Shown in pieces: positions 57,461 through 64,000 of a stretch of 64,000 nucleotides of DNA. The position numbers were made by a program, and so were the translations under genes. Below the pieces are notes generated by a model. The model saw only the letters and a program-made list of their open reading frames with translations, was not told the origin of the DNA and searched no databases. This DNA comes from Escherichia coli (GTDB taxonomy: Bacteria; Pseudomonadota; Gammaproteobacteria; Enterobacterales; Enterobacteriaceae): assembly GCF_002854065.1 (NCBI RefSeq), contig NZ_CP024147.1. One strand, given 5' to 3'. Within the stretch, counting starts at the first letter, position 1. Each line of letters begins with the position of its first letter.

Positions 57461-58362
57461 ATACCATCAGCACCTTCACCACCATAAAAACGCGTGGAGA
57501 AGACCTGCGTGTCATATGCGCCAGCGCCGCCACCGCCAGGGACTAATGCTTTCGCAATTCTCGGTGAATATACAGTACACTGCCCCGCTCTTCGGCTGCC
57601 ACCCCAAAAGCTTGAACCGCCGTACCCATTAAGGAACCTAGTATTATTTTGGCCATCTCCGCCATCTCCGCCGGCTAGATTTACATCACCACCAGACCCG
57701 GCAACTCCAACGCCGCCTGATGCATATACAGTGGAAGCAGTGGACGGGTTTCCGCCTGTGGCAACCATCCCACTAAATGTTGAGTTACCGCCTTTTGTTG
57801 CCTCAGTTCCGCCAGCACCGATAACCACGGCAAAGTTTGTGATGTCAGCAATATTGAACCATTTGATACCTGTAGCGCCTGCAGCCCCCCCAGCACCGGA
57901 AAAGTTATCGGTTGGGGAACCACTATTAAAAGCGCCACCTCCGCCACCACCCCCTCCCGTTAGAGTTACTTTGATGCGCTTCGTCAGCGGGTTTAGCGTT
58001 ACTGTTTTTGATGAGGTGATCCACTGCTCGGCAATCTTCCTACCTACGTATCCGTTGGTATCTCCCAAATCAAGGTTTGCGAGAGCCGTTTTCACCGTGC
58101 CATCCGATTTGATATCGCCAAACGGATTCTTGCGGCTTAACAGCAGAGCACGAAGCGCGGTAAGCAACTGGTCGTGCCGCGCCTTCTCCAGACTGGCACC
58201 AGATGCCTCAACAACGCTACAAAGTTCTTCCTGCAACATGTCAAAGTAGTCATCATCCAGATCGGTGGCAGGCGTGCCAGTCTGGGGGTTACCACGGGTA
58301 AAACCGTTCTTACCCGCGCCGAACTTATCCTTCTGCGCGGTTTTCGTGTCTATACGATGCAT
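57436..58362 (-). CDS. Phage tail fibre protein (Gly-rich)
   Basis: 308 aa; conserved phage-fibre-like N-terminus then Gly-rich repeats including GGGGGGGG, at the fibre position of the module. Confidence 0.65.
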   Translation of the reverse strand: MHRIDTKTAQKDKFGAGKNGFTRGNPQTGTPATDLDDDYFDMLQEELCSVVEASGASLEKARHDQLLTALRALLLSRKNPFGDIKSDGTVKTALANLDLGDTNGYVGRKIAEQWITSSKTVTLNPLTKRIKVTLTGGGGGGGGAFNSGSPTDNFSGAGGAAGATGIKWFNIADITNFAVVIGAGGTEATKGGNSTFSGMVATGGNPSTASTVYASGGVGVAGSGGDVNLAGGDGGDGQNNTRFLNGYGGSSFWGGSRRAGQCTVYSPRIAKALVPGGGGAGAYDTQVFSTRFYGGEGADGICLVEEFA

Positions 58363-58365
58363 GGA

Positions 58366-58950
58366 TTACTCCGGATATTTAAAAATTACGTAGGTATGCG
58401 ACGGGCAGAGTTTGTTAAGCACACACTCGACAACGGTGTCGCCCCAGATACGCAGTGCGGAATCACAGGGATCGCCACATGTCATCCAGGTGGTGTTGGT
58501 GGTGGTTGGCATGTTGACATGCCAGTAATACCGCCATTCCGGCGCATTCACCGCGTCAGTACAGGCCGATGAGCAGGTGAACGTGCTTTTGTCGTATCGC
58601 GTGATGGTGGCATCTGGTCTGCCCAGGGCAGCAAGCTGTGCAAGATAAAAATCCTCGTTGATGCCGCCCGCCAGGTTAACCTTCGCATCCAGCCGTTGCT
58701 GACGCTGGCGAAGGGTCTGCGTTCCCGCCGGAATACATTCATCCGGCAGACCGCACAGACGCTCCCAGCGGTTTATCAGTTCAGTGGTGGTGCGCGGATC
58801 CAGCTCCCGCATCAGGGCATCCGCACGCTGATGAACACGGGTTAATGACGGTGCCGCACCGGCAATCGCCGGATCGCTGGCTGACCACGCCGGACCGGGC
58901 GGCAACAGTGCCGATAACAGGCGGATGTAATCATCGTTTGTCACGTCCAT
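58366..58950 (-). CDS. Phage tail protein, YmfQ / Mu gp48-like (DUF2313)
   Basis: 194 aa ([22 protein letters not shown]…), positioned between the baseplate J gene and the fibre gene. Confidence 0.6.
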   Translation of the reverse strand: MDVTNDDYIRLLSALLPPGPAWSASDPAIAGAAPSLTRVHQRADALMRELDPRTTTELINRWERLCGLPDECIPAGTQTLRQRQQRLDAKVNLAGGINEDFYLAQLAALGRPDATITRYDKSTFTCSSACTDAVNAPEWRYYWHVNMPTTTNTTWMTCGDPCDSALRIWGDTVVECVLNKLCPSHTYVIFKYPE

Positions 58951-59999
58951 GAAATCGTCCCCAGTACCGCCAGTTCGTTTTTCGCAATGGAGATATTGTC
59001 CACCGGTGCAAGCAACTGATGGCTGTATTCCCCGTTCGCACCGGAAATCGCCTCACTGATACGCGACACCTTCAGTTCTCCCTGCGGATAACCATCACGC
59101 AGCAGGAACGAACGCAACTCCGCGGTGATGGCAGCCCGTATTTCCGGTGTATCCGGCGTCACGCGGATATGAAAATCCACCGTATGTGCCACCGGCCTGA
59201 ACACATACAAGTCAGAACCTGCCACCGGGGCCAGTGGCCCGATATGTTGTATTGCCGCCGTTTCCGTTGATTCTTCCGGAATGGGATTAATCAGGTCACT
59301 GCTGGCAATCATCACACCGACAGTTCCCGTTCCCATCCAGTGACGGTATGTCCATGCGCGGGTAATGCCGGGCACTTCTTTAGCCCAGACGACATAGTCC
59401 CCGTCAGCCCCGCCCTGCGGCGTCCAGTAATACCGCTCAATGACGCGGGCGCGCCACGTTTCCAGATCTTCAGTATCGAATCCGCCAGTCAGGGTATCTG
59501 CAACACCGGAAGACGGCAGACCATTCACCGGCGTGACTAGGATTAATGCCGTACCGTCGTCAGCGTTACCGACCGCGCCTGCATTTGAGCAAGTGATCGG
59601 CACACGCAGGACACCACCGGAGCTGGTTGCATCGGCAGTTGCCGTGTACTGAACCAGGTCATCGCGCTGAATCACGCTCCCGGCAGTCACCTTCAGGCCA
59701 TCGCTGACACCTTCCCAGCGCATATACCCGCTGGCAGCCGTGGCCCCCTTGCGCGGACACCGTTTCATCGCAGCATGTCGCGCCAGCCAGGACTCATCGC
59801 ACAGGTCAGGCAGCATATTCATTGCCAGATAATCGATGTACCCGTAGACCGTATGCAGCGCCGCCGCATACACCTTTGCCCGCACGTCTTCATCCATGCG
59901 CCGGAGCGTGTTGCTGACGTCCAGCCTGGCGAATAAATCGTTACGGAGCATACTGATATTTTCTGCCAGCGTCGGGCGCTGAAATTCACTGTCCGCCAT
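58941..59999 (-). CDS. Baseplate J-like protein (Mu gp47-like)
   Basis: 352 aa with baseplate_J family features; overlaps neighbouring genes. Confidence 0.7.
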   Translation of the reverse strand: MADSEFQRPTLAENISMLRNDLFARLDVSNTLRRMDEDVRAKVYAAALHTVYGYIDYLAMNMLPDLCDESWLARHAAMKRCPRKGATAASGYMRWEGVSDGLKVTAGSVIQRDDLVQYTATADATSSGGVLRVPITCSNAGAVGNADDGTALILVTPVNGLPSSGVADTLTGGFDTEDLETWRARVIERYYWTPQGGADGDYVVWAKEVPGITRAWTYRHWMGTGTVGVMIASSDLINPIPEESTETAAIQHIGPLAPVAGSDLYVFRPVAHTVDFHIRVTPDTPEIRAAITAELRSFLLRDGYPQGELKVSRISEAISGANGEYSHQLLAPVDNISIAKNELAVLGTISWT

Positions 60000-60414
60000 G
60001 CGTTATCGCACTCCACAGATCATCAAAAGAAATCATTACCGGTCCGTCACGACGCCAGAGAGTGATACTGTTACCCAGTTCATTAATCCCGGTACGGCGG
60101 ATATCCAGATCAATACGGGACACCACGCCGTCATCAATCATCCATTGCAGGCATTCGCGGATATATCCCCTTACCGTCTGCACCAGCTGATTGGTCAGTT
60201 TGCTGCGCTGAAGCAGCCACAGTCGGGAGCCGTAACGGTCATTCTGTACCGCAGGCCAGGTATCCCCCCACCATCCCATCGGGACGTCGGCGTTGTCATC
60301 AGGCTCCGCCCGCCGCCAGGTAAACAGGGAAATCACCACGGCGCGGGTCAGCGGATCCAGCGGTGCGCTGGCGCAGGTGCGTTTACCGTTCACCGTCAGC
60401 CACAGTTCCATCAT
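59986..60414 (-). CDS. Phage GP46-family baseplate protein (Mu gp46-like)
   Basis: 142 aa, position and size as for Mu gp46. Confidence 0.55.
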   Translation of the reverse strand: MMELWLTVNGKRTCASAPLDPLTRAVVISLFTWRRAEPDDNADVPMGWWGDTWPAVQNDRYGSRLWLLQRSKLTNQLVQTVRGYIRECLQWMIDDGVVSRIDLDIRRTGINELGNSITLWRRDGPVMISFDDLWSAITHGGQ

Positions 60415-60959
60415 GCCTCCATCGCTTTATCAGGTTTGTCGGTGTTACTGCCCTGACCGTTCTCTCTGTGACGATGCCCGTTATAGGCAAGCCGCATCGC
60501 TGACATGGTGGTGCCGCCGGAGTCGCACAGGTCTTTCACCTGTCCGGTCACTTCCAGGTCCATTTCAAAACGTGCTTTAGGTGAATTGCGAAACGTGATC
60601 GTTTTACCTGCACCGTCCACCACGATCCCCTCCCGGGTCAGCGTCACGGACTGCCCCTGATCGTCATAGACAGCCACCTCACCCGTCTGCAGCCCTTTCA
60701 GGCGGTAGCGCCGGTCCGACACCGTAACAACCACCGCATGAGAACGGTCGCCATCCGGAAACAACACCACCGCTTCCGCACCGCTGTTTGCCCTTGCGGT
60801 AAAACCGTAGGGTTCAAGATGTTCAACCCCGGCTTTGGGTTCACCGGCAATCAGGGACACATCCACGGTCTGACATTTCGTGGCGGCACTGATGCTTTTC
60901 ACCACGGCCCGCCCAATCAGGCCGAGGAGTTGTCGCTGCATGGCTTCAATCGTCCTCAT
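60411..60959 (-). CDS. Baseplate assembly protein V / spike (Mu gp45-like)
   Basis: 182 aa; gpV-type OB-fold N-terminus; 4-bp overlap with the downstream gene. Confidence 0.6.
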   Translation of the reverse strand: MRTIEAMQRQLLGLIGRAVVKSISAATKCQTVDVSLIAGEPKAGVEHLEPYGFTARANSGAEAVVLFPDGDRSHAVVVTVSDRRYRLKGLQTGEVAVYDDQGQSVTLTREGIVVDGAGKTITFRNSPKARFEMDLEVTGQVKDLCDSGGTTMSAMRLAYNGHRHRENGQGSNTDKPDKAMEA

Positions 60960-62038
60960 CAGAACGGGTCCTCCTGTACTCTGGCTTTTTTCTTTTTCCG
61001 CGCGCCGGGGGCTTCGGGTTCAGGCAGATAAGCATCAGGTGGGCCGACACGGATTTCCGTCAGGGTGCCGTTCTGGTCCTGAGTAAACGTGACTTCCGAA
61101 ACAAGCAGTTCGGTATTGTCGAAACCACAGACCGGATCAAAGACAATCACCCGCTGGTTGGGCTGCCACAGCGTACCGTTACACTGTCGCCAGCCCTGCA
61201 CCACATAGGTGGTTTCATCCGTCCGCGCCGCCCGTTGTCTGGCTTCAAAGTCCGCACGGGCAATACAGCCTGCCCCCGTAGCCTGCCCTGTCTGCCTGAT
61301 ATACATCGGACGGTAACGGGCAATAAATGCGTCCTCTGTGCGGGCCCGCAGCGCGGTGGTGGTGGCCTCACCGAAATCATCGTCGTTTCCGGCACGCTGC
61401 CCCGCCACCTGGTAAACAGAAAACCGCTCCCGGATACTCTTCTCCGTATCGCAGGAAAGGATGTTTTCCCCGAGTACCAGCGCAGTATGTGCCCGAGTTG
61501 AGCCAATACCGCCAATCACCAGCCTGCCGTGCGGGTCGTCGTAAGCCAGTGCCTGCTGCTGACCGAGTATTTTGTTGATTACCTCAATCACCGTTTCACC
61601 GTGATCAGGCTGAACATCAGGAATAACACCCGACGGCGCACCGCTGTTCACCACCTCAATGCCGAAAGGCGCAGCAAGCGCCTGCGCAATCTGCACCAGC
61701 GAGCGTCCGTTAAACTGTGTCGGTTCGGCTGCACAGTCAATCAGGTCAGCCGTCAGACTACGTCCGACAATACCGGTGCTGACCGAACGGGAATCGTAAC
61801 GAACGGGCGTCGCCTCCACCCAGCCGGTGATCACCAGCTCATCACCAATCAGCACTTCCACTTTTGAACCGTTTTTAATGCGCGGCTGAAGCGTGGTGAT
61901 ACCCTCATCTCCCGGCCACTGGCGGGTGATCTCCACACTGAAATCCCGCGCCAGCCGTTCAATACCGGCACCGATGCGCACCGATGTCCAGCCATTCCAC
62001 TCCCGGCCATTTACCCGTAGCGTGACATTGTCGTTCAT
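60959..62038 (-). CDS. Mu P-like tail/baseplate hub protein (Mu gp44-like)
   Basis: 359 aa (MNDNVTLRVNGREWNGW…), position and length as for Mu P. Confidence 0.6.
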   Translation of the reverse strand: MNDNVTLRVNGREWNGWTSVRIGAGIERLARDFSVEITRQWPGDEGITTLQPRIKNGSKVEVLIGDELVITGWVEATPVRYDSRSVSTGIVGRSLTADLIDCAAEPTQFNGRSLVQIAQALAAPFGIEVVNSGAPSGVIPDVQPDHGETVIEVINKILGQQQALAYDDPHGRLVIGGIGSTRAHTALVLGENILSCDTEKSIRERFSVYQVAGQRAGNDDDFGEATTTALRARTEDAFIARYRPMYIRQTGQATGAGCIARADFEARQRAARTDETTYVVQGWRQCNGTLWQPNQRVIVFDPVCGFDNTELLVSEVTFTQDQNGTLTEIRVGPPDAYLPEPEAPGARKKKKARVQEDPF

Positions 62039-63375
62039 TGCACTGGCACCTTCAGAGGGATCACCGGCACAAAGCCGGGATGCGTAATGGCATTACGCCG
62101 GATAATGTCCGCGTCACGCGCCGCGTTATCAAACCAGGTCGCCGCCAGCACCAGCGCGGGTAAAACCTCATCCGGTGTGCGCTGAATGATCCGTGCAGAC
62201 TGTTCAAGGCGCGTGTTGATATCCGCATTCAGATCTGCTTTCACCCGGCGCAGCGCCAGAAACAGCGCATCACTGGTTGTACGGGACAACTCCTTATCAA
62301 TTGCCGTATTCAGTGTGTCGCGAATGTCAGTCAGTTCTTCCCACGTCGGCAGGTCAACCGTGTTTTTCACCGCCGGTGCATTGTTCAGTGCCGGATGCGT
62401 GACGGAAGGCCAGCCAGTGCTCTGCGCGGGTGTTGTTGCCTGCCCCACTGCGGCATTCTGCATCACCGCGGAAGTTGTTGGCGCAGGCAATCGGGTGACG
62501 GCATACGCCGCTTCGCTGATTGCGGTCGTACGAAGGGTGCTGGCAACCACGTTACGCTGCTGCGTCGCCGTGGCGGTGGTTTTACTGTCCGTTTTCCAGA
62601 CGCCGCGCGGTTGCAGATCGCTGCCGAGGCTGACACCGGAAAGCGTTTTGATCATGGTGACCAGGTCGCTGGCGTTACCATAAAGGCGTTTCCCGGTACG
62701 CCACATTTTCTGCACCTGCTCAACGAAATTTTTGCCTGACGATGGCGGCGGCAGAAGTACCGAGATATCCCCCTGCAACAGCCTGGCGGCATCCGATACG
62801 GCAGAATCCACCACTTTCATCGCATCAGAAACATACCCCAGCATTATGCTGGCATTACCGATAACGTCGTTCTGCACGAAATCCGCAACACCATCGATAC
62901 TGAAACCGCTGAAGCTGTCACTGATGCAGTCATCCAGTGCAGAACAGGATGACATCAGCGTCTGCGCCGTCGCCGCACCTGATGTGGGGTAAGAGAGTTC
63001 TCCTGCTTCGACAAACTTCAGGTCAAAGCGGACAATACGCCCTTCACTTTTCGATGTGCTGACCCGAACTTCCCCGTCAACACAGACTTTCAGCTCACCA
63101 TATGTCGGGTGGACAAGCGTGCCTGGACCGGGTTTATTCAGCGCGTCAATCAGGCGATCGCGCTGGTCAAAGCAGTCATCTCCCACCACATAAGCTGTGA
63201 TGGACGGGCGGAAAGTGATTTTCCCCAGGTCTTCGGTATAGGGTTTGTCGCGGTTTGGGTATTCATGCGTTTCAACCCGACGTCCTACCGGGGCCCCTTC
63301 ATCTTCTACCTTGAACGGAACGCCGCGAAACGACGCTTCAACCAGTCTGTCTTTCCACGCCATTGTCTGCACCAA
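62035..63375 (-). CDS. DNA circulation protein N-like tail protein (Mu gp43-like)
   Basis: About 440 aa with conserved N-terminal …ASFRGVPFKVE…; start is ATG at 63363 or upstream TTG/GTG at 63375/63372. Confidence 0.6.
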   Translation of the reverse strand: MVQTMAWKDRLVEASFRGVPFKVEDEGAPVGRRVETHEYPNRDKPYTEDLGKITFRPSITAYVVGDDCFDQRDRLIDALNKPGPGTLVHPTYGELKVCVDGEVRVSTSKSEGRIVRFDLKFVEAGELSYPTSGAATAQTLMSSCSALDDCISDSFSGFSIDGVADFVQNDVIGNASIMLGYVSDAMKVVDSAVSDAARLLQGDISVLLPPPSSGKNFVEQVQKMWRTGKRLYGNASDLVTMIKTLSGVSLGSDLQPRGVWKTDSKTTATATQQRNVVASTLRTTAISEAAYAVTRLPAPTTSAVMQNAAVGQATTPAQSTGWPSVTHPALNNAPAVKNTVDLPTWEELTDIRDTLNTAIDKELSRTTSDALFLALRRVKADLNADINTRLEQSARIIQRTPDEVLPALVLAATWFDNAARDADIIRRNAITHPGFVPVIPLKVPVQ

Positions 63376-63465
63376 TATGATTTGTTATAAGCTACTCTGT
63401 TTCAGACGCTTCTTTCGAAGCGCCAGAGAACATTTACCTTTAAGGAGAGGTATAAATGGAAATGT

Positions 63466-63523
63466 TTTTGCCGTTAATACTGGGTTTGTTGCTAGCCGTT
63501 TTCATAGGACGGTGGGCTTGGTA
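63466..63523 (+). pseudogene. 5' fragment of a plus-strand gene interrupted by IS1 (hydrophobic N-terminus MEMFLPLILGLLLAVFIGRWAW)
   Basis: Strong SD AAGGAGAGG 6 nt upstream of the ATG at 63466; the frame runs into the IS1 end where TAA is created at the junction. Confidence 0.35.
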
Positions 63524-64000
63524 ATGACTCCAACTTATTGATAGTGTTTTATGTTCAGATAATGCCCGATGACTTTGTCATGCAGCTCCACCGATTTTGA
63601 GAACGACAGCGACTTCCGTCCCAGCCGTGCCAGGTGCTGCCTCAGATTCAGGTTATGCCGCTCAATTCGCTGCGTATATCGCTTGCTGATTACGTGCAGC
63701 TTTCCCTTCAGGCGGGATTCATACAGCGGCCAGCCATCCGTCATCCATATCACCACGTCAAAGGGTGACAGCAGGCTCATAAGACGCCCCAGCGTCGCCA
63801 TAGTGCGTTCACCGAATACGTGCGCAACAACCGTCTTCCGGAGCCTGTCATACGCATAAAACAGCCAGCGCTGGCGCGATTTAGCCCCGACATAGCCCCA
63901 CTGTTCGTCCATTTCCGCGCAGACGATGACGTCACTGCCCGGCTGTATGCGCGAGGTTACCGACTGCGGCCTGAGTTTTTTAAGTGACGTAAAATCGTGT
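63521..64000 (-). mobile_element. IS1 insertion sequence (partial; continues past the window end), same orientation as the IS1 at 40635
   Basis: Starts with GGTAATGACTCCAACTTATTGAT and is near-identical to 40635-41114 over the visible 480 bp; encodes the InsB' C-terminal portion (63535-63912 ORF). Confidence 0.9.

Larger units (their letters stand above)
56082..63520 (-). mobile_element. Mu/e14-like prophage remnant: baseplate and tail-fibre module plus acyltransferase cargo, truncated by IS1
   Basis: Co-directional, translationally coupled ORFs with phage baseplate family signatures; no capsid, sheath, tube, tape-measure, integrase or lysis genes inside the window. Confidence 0.7.

Noticed and set aside
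57494-58249. 251-aa Pro-rich plus-strand ORF
   Set aside because: Antisense to the Gly-rich tail-fibre gene (GGN codons read as CCN on the other strand); a low-complexity artefact

Overview
This window is an Escherichia coli chromosomal segment from the flagellar region III / rcsA / dcm neighbourhood through the asn-tRNA / cob region to dacD, ending in a prophage tail remnant. Gene calls rest on my recognition of the translated ORFs and RNA sequences; no database search was run. Gene order: fliI' (3' end), fliJKLMNOPQR, rcsA, dsrB, yodD, dsrA sRNA, yedP, dgcQ(yedQ), yodC, yedI, yedA, vsr, dcm, yedJ, yedR, yedS porin, hchA, hprS/hprR(yedVW), hiuH, msrPQ, zinT, yodB, serU, mtfA, asnT, yeeJ, yeeL, shiA, amn, yeeN, IS1, asnW, yeeO, asnU, cbl, nac, asnV, ldtA(erfK), cobTSU, IS5, yeeX, yeeA, sbmC, dacD. 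After dacD comes an acyltransferase gene, a Mu-like baseplate/tail-fibre module and a second IS1 that runs off the window. The backbone is K-12-like but differs from my recollection of the K-12 reference: yedS and yeeL look intact, yeeJ is full length with a recent internal tandem duplication, the CP4-44 region between cobU and yeeX is absent with only an IS5 there, and there are two IS1 copies plus the phage remnant. Most of the window is ordinary core genome. The accessory material worth follow-up is the IS1-truncated Mu-like tail module with its acyltransferase cargo gene, the IS5 junction, and the yeeJ repeat. I found no CRISPR array and no recognisable novel defence or secretion system.
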